From a virus: a stretch of DNA of 64,000 bases. Below the pieces are notes generated by a model. It did not search any database. It worked only from the letters and a program-made list of their open reading frames with translations, and had not been told where the DNA came from. The stretch's first letter is position 1. Each line of letters starts with the position of its first letter. The translations under genes and the position numbers were made by a program. Below, in pieces: positions 1 to 8,755 of the stretch. Where the stretch lies: IMG/VR virus record IMGVR_UViG_3300035703_000061, positions 10,486-74,485 of that record; one strand, given 5' to 3'.

Positions 1-357
1 GAGCAGCTCACCGGCCCTGGCTACTGGACTAAGTTCGAGGGCCTTGAGCGCGTCAGGCTCACGATCACTGTGCCCAACTGGCACGAGCCTTTCCCTTCTC
101 AGCAGAGAGCAGGCGCCACCAACCCTCGTGAACTGGAGCTGCACGGCCTTCTCCACGTTTGCCAAAGCTGGTACATCAATGGTCCTGTGATGGATCAATG
201 GACCATCAGCACTATGTGGGGGCCAATCAAGGTGCCTGCTGGCACTCGTATTGTCTCTGAGCACCTGCCTGAGAAGTGGGCAGCATGGGAGCAGGAAGCC
301 AGCGAAGGCAAAAAACAGTGGTGGGCCTATTCCAATGGTCGCACTAGCTTCTGTTAA
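1..357 (+). CDS. hypothetical phage protein (5' partial)
   Basis: Frame is open from base 1 to TAA at 357; co-oriented with the following small ORFs. Confidence 0.6.
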   Translation, partial: EQLTGPGYWTKFEGLERVRLTITVPNWHEPFPSQQRAGATNPRELELHGLLHVCQSWYINGPVMDQWTISTMWGPIKVPAGTRIVSEHLPEKWAAWEQEASEGKKQWWAYSNGRTSFC

Positions 358-423
358 GCATTGTTACAGCGGGGCCGATTACGGCCCCTTCCAAATTATT
401 GTTCTCTTGTTCGCAACCAAACC

Positions 424-663
424 ATGCACCGCCCCTACGAAGGCCACCGCGAAGATCCTTATCTCGCCAAGCTTGAGGCTGATCGTCAGGCACAACACAG
501 TGGCTATGGCATTCAGCAATATCTGTGTGCCGATGGTTCCCGTAAGTGGGAAGCGTACGGCTGGGAGCGCATTACAGAGCTTTCCATTCGCACTACTTCC
601 TACGGCATCTTTGACCACAAGTGGCAGGCTGAACAGTATTTCAACTCCATCATCAACGGTTGA
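424..663 (+). CDS. hypothetical phage protein
   Basis: ATG at 424 within ORF 361..663; tight packing with the next gene. Confidence 0.6.
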   Translation: MHRPYEGHREDPYLAKLEADRQAQHSGYGIQQYLCADGSRKWEAYGWERITELSIRTTSYGIFDHKWQAEQYFNSIING

Positions 664-665
664 TC

Positions 666-890
666 ATGCCTTTCCCATTGTCATTTGTCTCTGAAGATGA
701 ATATGGCGTGTCTTATGCAGCACGCACATTTTCTTCCATTGAAGAACTGTACGATGAAATTAGAACCTTGGAAGAGCTGCTTGATGAAAGCTCCGCCAGC
801 AGGGGCTATATCATCCAAGCAGCTCTAGACCAGCTCAAACAACTTGCCTTTTCCGTTGAAGACGAGCCCCTTTCCACTTACGACCAATGA
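666..890 (+). CDS. hypothetical acidic protein
   Basis: ORF with ATGA overlap to the next gene. Confidence 0.6.
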   Translation: MPFPLSFVSEDEYGVSYAARTFSSIEELYDEIRTLEELLDESSASRGYIIQAALDQLKQLAFSVEDEPLSTYDQ

Positions 891-1189
891 TCACTACCAT
901 CCGCACCTACCAAGACAACGGCCCGTATTTCTCCTGCACAAGAGGCAGCTACCAAGCTGCCTCGCTCCAGCAGCTCATCTTCCACGTACGACAAGCGATG
1001 GAAGACCGTGAGGATACTATTGGCATCTTTGGCCCCGATGGGGCCTGCAGAGGCATCTGGCAGCGTGAGCTAGAGGGGCACGTGGACAGTGCTGGTGATG
1101 CCATCGTGGACCACGAAGGCTATGAGCTGCTTCGCCCTTCTACCAAGGAACAATGGATGTGGAAGCGTCTCCAGGAGCAACTGGCCTGA
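887..1189 (+). CDS. hypothetical phage protein
   Basis: 100 aa ORF, ATGA-coupled to the upstream gene. Confidence 0.65.
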   Translation: MITTIRTYQDNGPYFSCTRGSYQAASLQQLIFHVRQAMEDREDTIGIFGPDGACRGIWQRELEGHVDSAGDAIVDHEGYELLRPSTKEQWMWKRLQEQLA

Positions 1190-1283
1190 GTGTTAAGGAT
1201 TATTACAGGCCTTGGAAACAGGGCCTTTTGGGCTGTATTGTTAGCAAGTCAACGAGGCGCGAGCCCCTCCTGCATTCAAAACC

Positions 1284-1565
1284 ATGACCCGCCTAATCTT
1301 CGACATGGCTTCCTTCAGCTCCACTCAGGGACAATGGTGGAAAGACCTGCGTAATGACAACACTGAGCGCCGTGTGAGTCTCGTAGCCTCCCAGATGGGC
1401 TTCTTCCTTTGGACTGCTGATTTCCGCGAAGCACGCAGCGGCAAGCACATCACGCAGAAGTTCTTTTGCACAAAGCCTGATAGTGAAGAGCCCGTAGCGC
1501 TGTTTGAGCACGTGCAGGATCGTCAAACATGGCTTGAGAAGGAATGGGCTAAGCAGGCCGTTTGA
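1284..1565 (+). CDS. hypothetical phage protein
   Basis: 93 aa ORF followed by a terminator-like hairpin. Confidence 0.6.
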   Translation: MTRLIFDMASFSSTQGQWWKDLRNDNTERRVSLVASQMGFFLWTADFREARSGKHITQKFFCTKPDSEEPVALFEHVQDRQTWLEKEWAKQAV

Positions 1566-1571
1566 TTTAGC

Positions 1572-1603
1572 AAAAGGGGCGCCCCGAAGCGCCCCGCTCT
1601 TTT
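1572..1603 (+). terminator. intrinsic terminator-like hairpin
   Basis: GGGGCGC-CCCGAA-GCGCCCC stem followed by a T-rich tract. Confidence 0.55.
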
Positions 1604-1614
1604 CTTGTCTGACA

Positions 1615-1800
1615 ATGGAATCTCTTGCTGCTTTTGCTGAAGCCATTCTTCAGCTTCAAAAAACCATCGATTCTTTCAATAAAATGCGTTCTGACACAAC
1701 TGAAGATGAATGGGAATCGCTACTGAACACTCCCATTGTTTGTCAATTTATTGATGAGATGGTTGAGCTTGAGAATATTCTTGAAGAGCATTTCTCATGA
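1615..1800 (+). CDS. hypothetical acidic protein
   Basis: ATG at 1615, MESLAAFAEA...; ATGA overlap with the next ORF. Confidence 0.55.
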   Translation: MESLAAFAEAILQLQKTIDSFNKMRSDTTEDEWESLLNTPIVCQFIDEMVELENILEEHFS

Positions 1801-1955
1801 TTCTCATTGATTTCTTTGATGCTGACTGCTGCAAAGGCACCGAATTGACAGAGGGCTGGTATTGGTATGACGATGATGATGAAAATGGCGTGGGAGGGCC
1901 TTATGAAAGCGAAGAAGCTGCCGTTAAGGCAGCTTTTGATGGGCATGGCTGGTAA
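1797..1955 (+). CDS. small hypothetical protein (52 aa, not in ORF track)
   Basis: Manual translation MILIDFFDADCCKGTELTEGWYWYDDDDENGVGGPYESEEAAVKAAFDGHGW; ATGA-coupled. Confidence 0.6.
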   Translation: MILIDFFDADCCKGTELTEGWYWYDDDDENGVGGPYESEEAAVKAAFDGHGW

Positions 1956-1980
1956 AGCTTAAAATAATTGTTAGCATGGC

Positions 1981-2063
1981 GAGACGATGCGGGATGCCAG
2001 TCCCGTAACGTCTCTAACCACTGCCAAAAGGACGGTTTGGCCATGGCTAAAAGCAATCATAGC
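1981..2063 (+). promoter_or_regulatory. structured leader of the HNH gene (two hairpins, second one enclosing SD and start codon)
   Basis: GAGACG..GCGGGA-TGCCAG-TCCCGT..CGTCTC, then GCCAAA-AGGACGG-TTTGGC abutting ATG 2043; same architecture at 54285-54360. Confidence 0.55.
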
Positions 2064-2660
2064 GGCGTACCAGAAGGGTTCAAGGAGATCCCAGGCTACG
2101 CAGGCAAGTATTTCATCAATGAGCAGGGGCAGGTTTGGAGCGTTGCCAAGCGTGCCTTAATGAGTCAACAATGGGATGAAAAGCATCCTTATCCTTGGTT
2201 GCTCTTGCTATGCGAAGACGGCAAACGCAGGACAATTTGTGTTCATCGTCTCATGGGCAGAACTTGGCTGCCTCTCCCTTCGGGGAAAATTGGATCTAAA
2301 CGCGGAGAGTACTGCGTTAATTACAAAGATGGCAATAAGCAAAACAATCATCTAGACAACCTTGAATGGGTGACGGCGGAAGAAAACATAAAACATGCTT
2401 GGCGGACAGGGCTTAATAAGTCCATTGGAGAAAAATCTCCCTGCGCAAAAGTAAATGCGCTCCAAGTTAGGGCAATACGAGAATTGTTTGCGCAAGGAAG
2501 GTCTCTTGATTACTTGGCTAATTCTTTCGGTCTATCCGCGCAGGGAATTCATGATATTTGCAGGTATCGGCGTTGGAAGCGTCAGGACCATGATTTATTG
2601 CATCAAATAAAGAAGCGTTCATCTTCTATATTCGTTGACGCGATGATTGAATTACTGTAA
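2043..2660 (+). CDS. NUMOD4-HNH homing endonuclease with C-terminal HTH
   Basis: FKEIPGYAGKYFINEQGQVWS (NUMOD4-like), VHRLMGRTW, VNYKDGNKQNNHLDNLEWVTAEENIKHA; Tyr replaces the usual first His (NHKDG). Confidence 0.85.
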   Translation: MAKSNHSGVPEGFKEIPGYAGKYFINEQGQVWSVAKRALMSQQWDEKHPYPWLLLLCEDGKRRTICVHRLMGRTWLPLPSGKIGSKRGEYCVNYKDGNKQNNHLDNLEWVTAEENIKHAWRTGLNKSIGEKSPCAKVNALQVRAIRELFAQGRSLDYLANSFGLSAQGIHDICRYRRWKRQDHDLLHQIKKRSSSIFVDAMIELL

Positions 2661-2671
2661 AACATCTGAAA

Positions 2672-2800
2672 AATCGGCCAGCCTTGTATCAAGCAAGGCT
2701 AGCTTTGTATCACAAGAAAATTCTGAATCGGCTGGGTTTGTATAATAAAAATTTTGAATCGGCCAGCTTTGTATCTATTGAAATCGGCTGACTTTGTATC
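2672..2800. repeat. five degenerate ~19 bp direct repeats, approx. AATCGGCYRRYYTTGTATM
   Basis: Copies at 2672, 2695 (partial), 2726, 2757 and 2782, with short AT-rich spacers. Confidence 0.85.
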
Positions 2801-2917
2801 TATAGTGCTATACAATTTAGCAACATTATCACGCTGCTGTTGTATTCCTCGCTGCGCATATCCGCATATGATCATACAACGATATCGTTGTATGGCGCAT
2901 CCCGCATAGCCGCATAG

Positions 2918-2949
2918 TAGTACAGGCGTACTATAGTACAGGCGTACTA
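2918..2949. repeat. tandem pair of the 16 bp interrupted palindrome TAGTAC-AGGC-GTACTA
   Basis: Exact duplication at 2918-2933 and 2934-2949; degenerate third copy near 2972. Confidence 0.9.
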
Positions 2950-3103
2950 TGTGCCAATCCTCAATTGTCACATAGTACGTTTGTACCAATAAGCTGAGCC
3001 TATATGACAGATAAGCTGAGCTTATGTTTCGTTTTGTTACAAAAGCTTGCACACGAGATCGCGATATCACGATGCCGTTATGTCGTGATGATACGTTTGC
3101 CAA

Positions 3104-3203
3104 TATCACGCTAGCGTTGTTTGCATTATCACGCTTGCGTTGTTTGCATTATCACGCTTGCGTTGTTTGTGGTTCTGCGCTTGCGTTGTTTGCATTATCA
3201 CGA
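3104..3203. repeat. 23 bp tandem repeat TATCACGCTTGCGTTGTTTGCAT (about 4 copies)
   Basis: Units at 3104, 3127 and 3150, plus an interrupted fourth. Confidence 0.9.
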
Positions 3204-3506
3204 TGGCGCTATACGATGGCCTGATTGCCTGATTGTTGCGGAATGTTGCGATGGTTGACCTATGGGCGGCCCTGGTGATATCTGCGCGCGCGCTTGCGTG
3301 CGCGGTTCCTTTATTGGCGGTTGGCATGTTTGGCGCTTATGGGAGCCCGTACCATGCCCGACCCTGCGGCGTCAATACAACGTCCCGCCATGGTGTGCGG
3401 AAATAAAATCGGCCACGTTTGCGCACCGTTGCGCCGATCGTGGGATTTATGCTTCTCACATCGGATGGAAGCGATTCCGCCGATCATCTCCAAACCGCTT
3501 CAAGCC

Positions 3507-3740
3507 ATGAAGACAGAACTCGCAGAGTATTTGGCGAACACTGACAGTCGCACCTTTAATCGTCAAAAGGCGCGGCAAATACCAATGCTTACTGATGAAG
3601 AATTCTGCGCAGCATTCTTGCTGTTTAGCGAGGGTATGCGAGTGAACCCTGAATTGTCGCGCAGTCCCGCAGTTATGGGCGCGCTGAATGCTTTTAGAAA
3701 TGCAAAGCAAATCAGCGTTAAGTTGCCCGGCGAACAGTAA
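3507..3740 (+). CDS. hypothetical protein
   Basis: ATG at 3507 (MKTELAEYLAN...) within ORF 3294..3740. Confidence 0.55.
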   Translation: MKTELAEYLANTDSRTFNRQKARQIPMLTDEEFCAAFLLFSEGMRVNPELSRSPAVMGALNAFRNAKQISVKLPGEQ

Positions 3741-3784
3741 GCAATCCGTCAAGCATTCTGCAAACATTCTCACAAACAAACATC

Positions 3785-4696
3785 ATGTCTACCCTCATCA
3801 ATTCCCGCGCTAAGCTCCCCTCCAACCTCGTTGCATTGTGCAAACAATATAAAATCAGCGCCCGTGATTTGCTTAGCACTAACCCTAAAACTGAGAAGAG
3901 TAAAGTTCAAACCTACATTCTTCACCTTGCGCCTGCAGATACTTCCGGCGTGAATGTTTGCGCCGGTGCTGGTAATTGTCGCAAGATTTGCCTACATTTT
4001 GCAGGCAATCCCGTATACATGACAAACAAACAGGCCGCCAGAATCCGCCGTACTTTAGCCTATGCTGCCGATCCTCAGAGATTTGCACGGCTGATCGTTT
4101 GCGCAATCCTTGGCAAGCTTGCCAAACATCCCGGCGAATCCATTGCAATCCGCTTAAATGGAACGTCTGACATAGCTTGGGAGAATGTAGATTTTACGAT
4201 CGACGTAGAGTTTGCAACATTCTGCCGCCGTAAGTTCGGCATTGATCTGCCAATCGGCAAGCGCAACATTCTCGAGATATTTAATTATATTGCAAACAAT
4301 GGTGGCCCTAAGGTGCAATTCTATGATTACACCAAAATCAAGCGTAATTGGGCAGAATGTCAGCGCCTTGGCTACCACCTGACCTTTAGCTTCGACGGCT
4401 GGGGCAATGCCGCCAATCTTAAAATCTGCCGAGATGCCTTGCAAGCTGGCGTTAACGTTGCCGCAGCGTTCAATCTCAAACGTGGCCAATCTTTGCCCGA
4501 TTGCATCGATGGCAGCCGCTTCAATCTCCCGCAGCGTTGTCTCTTTACTGGTGAAGTGCTGGCAGTTCTGAACGGTGACCTTACGGACTTCCGCCCGTCT
4601 GACGCAAGCGGCGGCCACATTGTTGGCTTGCGCTTCAAGTTACCGCACGGCATTAACTACTCTGAAGCCGATAAGCAAGCATTCTGTATTGCCTGA
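3785..4696 (+). CDS. Gp88-family (gene product 88-like) protein with Cys cluster
   Basis: Motifs NPKTEKS, LHLAPA, NVCAGAGNCRKICL, IRLNGTSDI, FYDYTK, YHLTFS, GDLTDFR, VGLRFK. Confidence 0.75.
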   Translation: MSTLINSRAKLPSNLVALCKQYKISARDLLSTNPKTEKSKVQTYILHLAPADTSGVNVCAGAGNCRKICLHFAGNPVYMTNKQAARIRRTLAYAADPQRFARLIVCAILGKLAKHPGESIAIRLNGTSDIAWENVDFTIDVEFATFCRRKFGIDLPIGKRNILEIFNYIANNGGPKVQFYDYTKIKRNWAECQRLGYHLTFSFDGWGNAANLKICRDALQAGVNVAAAFNLKRGQSLPDCIDGSRFNLPQRCLFTGEVLAVLNGDLTDFRPSDASGGHIVGLRFKLPHGINYSEADKQAFCIA

Positions 4697-4758
4697 CAAT
4701 CAGTTTCCGAGAGGCTCCCACAAGCGCCCACAAGCGCCCCACAACGAAGCCAGCCACT

Positions 4759-4781
4759 AGGGCCCATCAGGGCCCTTTTTA
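4759..4781 (+). terminator. intrinsic terminator
   Basis: AGGGCCC-ATCA-GGGCCCT followed by TTTT. Confidence 0.6.
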
Positions 4782-4897
4782 ATGCCTGCAGGGCTCATAG
4801 GATGGGGCACTGGCGGAGCTGCCAGGATCGGCACAGACTGAAGGATTGGAGAATGTAGGGAATATCCTGACATTTGCAGTGCAAATATCACCCTCAA

Positions 4898-4923
4898 TTC
4901 TCAATAAGGCGCGTTATTGAGAA
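4898..4923. repeat. perfect 10 bp inverted repeat TTCTCAATAA-GGCGCG-TTATTGAGAA
   Basis: Seen directly; neighbouring near-palindrome ATTTGCAGTGCAAAT at 4872-4886. Confidence 0.8.
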
Positions 4924-5064
4924 CGCTCTCACTTTGTAAAGTATTGTGAAGCGGTATCCGTTGACACAGCGCAGTAGCACGGGGGTGTGCGTGTGGGGGG
5001 CTGCGGTATATGCTTCGAAATGTGGCGCCATTTTTCACCTGCTTTTTCGTCCTAGTATTTATAC

Positions 5065-5583
5065 CTAGCACTTGCTCTTTAGCGCGTTAGCCAGCATTTT
5101 GATTTCATCTAAAGATGCAGAATTTTTAACAGCATTGGCTCTGTGGCTAATGATCCATACATTACCCCTTACATATCCCTTGTTGTTATCAATGCGGTCC
5201 AGGGAGGGGCTATTAGGCAGAGGCTTGGCTTTCATTTCTCTACAACAGGACCATTCCAATGGTGCGCCAAACACGGGGCAATTAGATGTGACAAGAGACC
5301 GTACGTAGTCTACGTCAATGTTGAATTCCATTCCCTTACTTTTAGCTCTAGCTCTAGCTGCACATGTCATGTACATAGTTTGCATTTTTACTGGATTTTG
5401 CTTTTCCCACCGAGTATTCTTCTCTTCGTGGCAGATTTTGCAAAAACCATCCAAGCCGTCGCGGTTGGCCTTCCGCTTGAAGAACTCAGAAAGAGGCTTG
5501 ACCATTCCACACTTTGAGCATTTTTTTTTGCCTTGGCTTGCAAGAGAAAGCTGCTCCGCAAGCTGCTGATTATTCAAGCTCAT
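5065..5583 (-). CDS. HNH/His-Me finger-type endonuclease with N-terminal zinc finger
   Basis: CSKC..CKIC, CPVFG, PSLDRIDNNKGYVRGNVWIISHRANAVK; same family as 47311..47814. Confidence 0.8.
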   Translation of the reverse strand: MSLNNQQLAEQLSLASQGKKKCSKCGMVKPLSEFFKRKANRDGLDGFCKICHEEKNTRWEKQNPVKMQTMYMTCAARARAKSKGMEFNIDVDYVRSLVTSNCPVFGAPLEWSCCREMKAKPLPNSPSLDRIDNNKGYVRGNVWIISHRANAVKNSASLDEIKMLANALKSKC

Positions 5584-5699
5584 GCCAGAGTTCAATTTGA
5601 AAACACTAACAAGCCAAAACTCAGTGGCGCTATGCCGAAAGCAAGTCGAAGACGCCGCTTGAGGCATCTCTAGAGATCTCAAGCAATCTTCTAAGCCAA

Positions 5700-6130
5700 T
5701 GGAGACGCCCTAAAGGCGTCGGAATGATGCACCAATAAAGCAAGCGCCAACGATTCGCGCATTTCTCCTTTCCATCGTTCTTAATGCCAGAAAGCGGCCC
5801 TTAAAGGGGCCGCTGCTCAGAAGATGAAGATGGAAACCAATGATTTTTCGCTTTTCCCAGCAGCAAGCACACTTTCAGCGACTCATCACATGAGACTGAG
5901 TCAGCTCTTGATCTTCTAACGCGGGCCTTTTATTTTCGCCGCTTGTCTAGAACGCTCCGCCCTTTGGGGGCTTCGCTGGTCTAGCTCATCGCGGCTAGCT
6001 TAGCCATTGTCAGTAGACGCTCCGTTCCTTTGGGGAACTCCGCTCGCTTGAGGCGCTGGCTTGAGGAGCGTCGTCTAGCCAGGAAGCTGCTTTTAGCCCG
6101 CATGAGGCCGCAGCTTCGCTTACGTCTATC
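5700..6130. other. hairpin-dense non-coding region
   Basis: GACGCC-CTAAA-GGCGTC, AGCGGCCC-TTAAAG-GGGCCGCT, GCCC-TTTGG-GGGC, GTTCC-TTTGG-GGAAC; no ORF of 60 aa or more. Confidence 0.6.
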
Positions 6131-6207
6131 GTAACTCACGCTGTTGGGAGCTGTTTTGTCCCTGTTGTCCCGATCCTGTTACAGTAAGGACTCTCAGCGG
6201 AGCAGGC

Positions 6208-6903
6208 ATGGTTCAGCCCAAGCAGAAAAAGCGCAAAACAGAAGGCTGGGTGTATTTCGTGCAATGGGCGAGCATGCCCTATCACGTCAAAATCGGCTTC
6301 TCCACATCGCTAGGAGACCGCTTTGCATCGTTCCTCACGTCATCGCCGGACACGCTGATCGTCGTCAAGGCCTTTGAGGCGAATCGGGACGATGAGCAGG
6401 AGCTGCACGAGCGTTTTGAAAATTCGCGCCATGCAGGCGAATGGTTCCATCTTTCCATTGCAATCAAGAAATATCTTGAAAGCGAAGCGCCTTGTCAGAC
6501 GCTGGAGGCGAAGATTAAATTTGGCAACAGGAATGAAAGTCGCATTCAATGGACGCCAATGCGACCAGGGCTGGCTCAGTCTCTTGAAGCGCTGCATCAG
6601 GAGAAGCGCTTGCCTCGTTATGTGAAGAATGCTCGCACGTTTGTGCTATGGGCCATTGGGGACATTGAAGCTTGTGATTATTTCCCCACGTCTAATGCCA
6701 TCATTCATCACGAAGCAAATCGTGATGCTTATCAGGCGAAAACAATTTATAACCAACTTATTGCATTGGAAGAGGAGGAGATGATTGTGAAAAAGTCTGG
6801 TAAAACTTTTGCCTTGCTTCCGAAGGGAGAAAGTGAGCTTATTAAGACAGAAAAGGAAAATGCGCAGAAACGTAAGAGCGCAAGAAGCTTAAGGCTTGAT
6901 TAA
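6208..6903 (+). CDS. T5orf172/GIY-YIG-like nuclease domain protein with probable C-terminal winged helix
   Basis: WVYFVQ..VKIGFS..R..SP..EQELHERF..R..GEWF; C-terminal TIYNQLIALEEEEMIVKK..FALLPKG. Confidence 0.75.
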   Translation: MVQPKQKKRKTEGWVYFVQWASMPYHVKIGFSTSLGDRFASFLTSSPDTLIVVKAFEANRDDEQELHERFENSRHAGEWFHLSIAIKKYLESEAPCQTLEAKIKFGNRNESRIQWTPMRPGLAQSLEALHQEKRLPRYVKNARTFVLWAIGDIEACDYFPTSNAIIHHEANRDAYQAKTIYNQLIALEEEEMIVKKSGKTFALLPKGESELIKTEKENAQKRKSARSLRLD

Positions 6904-6979
6904 AAGCGAAGATTGTATTAAATGCTGCTTTTCATTTCATAGAAAAGAACTAGCGTAAGATGATCTTCGCTAAAGCATT

Positions 6980-7171
6980 ATGTGGGGCCTGCCTGATCGT
7001 CAACCATTTAATATTGGCCCGTATAAATTGTGGCCATGTTTTAGCAAACCAGAGTTTCAATGGTTTGCTGCCATTAATGGCCAGCCTCATTATTTCCGCA
7101 CCACTAATGAAGCCAAATTGTTTGTGAAGGACTTATTGGCAATGGATGATCCAGAAGGGCTTTGCGATTAA
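6980..7171 (+). CDS. hypothetical protein
   Basis: 63 aa ORF upstream of nrdA. Confidence 0.6.
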   Translation: MWGLPDRQPFNIGPYKLWPCFSKPEFQWFAAINGQPHYFRTTNEAKLFVKDLLAMDDPEGLCD

Positions 7172-7256
7172 AGCTTTCCTTTCTCTTTCCCATGGTCTTC
7201 TTGCGCTAGCCTGCCTTGGTTGATTCTCGGCCCGCGATGCGGGCCTTTGTCGTCTT

Positions 7257-8687
7257 ATGAAGCTGAAGGAAAAGGCAAAATGTGAGCCGATTGCTCGTAC
7301 TGGCAGGGTGCAAGATTGGCTTGATGATCCTGAAAGCAGGCTTGCCGTTAGTTGCACTACGTTCGTAGTGGACGATTCAATGGAAGGGCCAGATGGTATT
7401 GAAGCATCGTGGCGCTTTGTGAGCCATGCTCTTCGTAATGCCGCTGGTGCCGCAGTGCATCTTTCTGAACTGCGTCCCAAAGGCGAAGATAATGGCAAGG
7501 GGCTAATTGCTAGCGGGCCAGTAAGCTTTGCAAAGATTTATAGCAAGCTCAACGAGATTCTTCGTCGCGGGGGGAAATTTCGCAATGGCGCCGTCACGCT
7601 ACATCTTGACTACACGCATCCCGATGCCATTGAATTTGTTTCCACTTCTCGTAGTGAACTTCCTTGGGCAAAGCGTTGCTTGAACGTTGACAATAATTTT
7701 CTTTCCGCGTCGTCTCCCGAGCTGATTAATGCCTGTCTTCGTGCCATCTCTTCTGGCGATCTCTGGCTCAACAAAATCCGCTACGACAACAATGGAAAGC
7801 GGCTACGTCCAAATGTTTGCCTTGAAGTATATCTTCCGCATCGTGGCACTTGCCTTCTTCAGCACGTTAATTTGGGCGCATGCACGCTGGACAATATTCA
7901 AGGAGCTTTCGCTGAAGGCATGAGGCAGCTTTGTGAGCTGCATCCTGGCACTGGCGTGGGCGACACTGGTGAATATCTTTCCCCTTCCATTGATAAGCAA
8001 GTGGGCCTCGGCATTCTTGGTCTCGCCAATTTTCTTTCCATCCATGGAATTAGCTACAAAGAATTTGGCGAGGCTCTTGATGCTTTCCTAATGGACGATC
8101 CCCACCCTTGGGCTCATCATTGGAAAGACACCGTGGCCGGAAAAGCCGTCCACGCTTTGTACCAAGGCATTGACGCTGCTGCTGATATTGCTCGTGAGCA
8201 TGGCATGGAGCGGGCATTCTGCATTGCTCCCACTGCTTCGTGTTCCTATCGCTACCTCGACACTCGTGGCTTTACGACAGCCCCTGAAATTGCTCCTCCC
8301 ATTGATCGGCTTGTGGATCGCGACAGCGAAACCATGGGCGTTGAACGCTTTGAATATGGGCCAGTAGAAATTGCAGAGGAAGTGGGCTGGGAAGCTTTCC
8401 GTAAAGTTGCTGATGGCATTTGCGAACTTTTCCACCGCACTGGTTTGTTCCATGGTTATTCAATGAATTGGTGGTCTGATCTTGTTTCTTGTGATGAAAG
8501 TTTCATTCAAGAGTGGCTTGATAGTCCGCAAACTTCTGTTTATTACGCCCTTCAAGTGCAAGCTGGCACTCAAGCTAAAGACGATGTTGGAGTAGAATTA
8601 GGGGAGAGCCTGAGCAGCTTCTTTTCCCTTGAGGAGAGCGAAAGTTGTTCATTGGATGGGGGCTTCTGCAGCTCTTGCGCTGAGTAG
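7257..8687 (+). CDS. nrdA: ribonucleotide reductase alpha subunit, short cyanophage type
   Basis: IARTGRVQDWLDDPESRLAVSCT, NVCLEV, CLLQHVNLG, VGLGILGLA, IAPTASCS, VYY, C-terminal CSSCAE. Confidence 0.92.
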   Translation: MKLKEKAKCEPIARTGRVQDWLDDPESRLAVSCTTFVVDDSMEGPDGIEASWRFVSHALRNAAGAAVHLSELRPKGEDNGKGLIASGPVSFAKIYSKLNEILRRGGKFRNGAVTLHLDYTHPDAIEFVSTSRSELPWAKRCLNVDNNFLSASSPELINACLRAISSGDLWLNKIRYDNNGKRLRPNVCLEVYLPHRGTCLLQHVNLGACTLDNIQGAFAEGMRQLCELHPGTGVGDTGEYLSPSIDKQVGLGILGLANFLSIHGISYKEFGEALDAFLMDDPHPWAHHWKDTVAGKAVHALYQGIDAAADIAREHGMERAFCIAPTASCSYRYLDTRGFTTAPEIAPPIDRLVDRDSETMGVERFEYGPVEIAEEVGWEAFRKVADGICELFHRTGLFHGYSMNWWSDLVSCDESFIQEWLDSPQTSVYYALQVQAGTQAKDDVGVELGESLSSFFSLEESESCSLDGGFCSSCAE

Positions 8688-8702
8688 TCCCGATTGATTA
8701 AC

Positions 8703-8735
8703 GGGCAGCAAAAGCTGCCCTTTCTTGTCTCTTTT
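8703..8735 (+). terminator. terminator-like hairpin between the RNR subunit genes
   Basis: GGGCAGC-AAAA-GCTGCCC followed by TTTCTT. Confidence 0.55.
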
Positions 8736-8755
8736 TACCATCGCTTGTAATCGAA

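Noticed and set aside
1191-1207. NtcA box (TGTTAAGGATTATTACA)
   Set aside because: Spacing and first half-site do not match GTA-N8-TAC
2672-3203. CRISPR array
   Set aside because: Repeats are degenerate or directly tandem, spacers are 0-14 nt and irregular, and no cas genes are present
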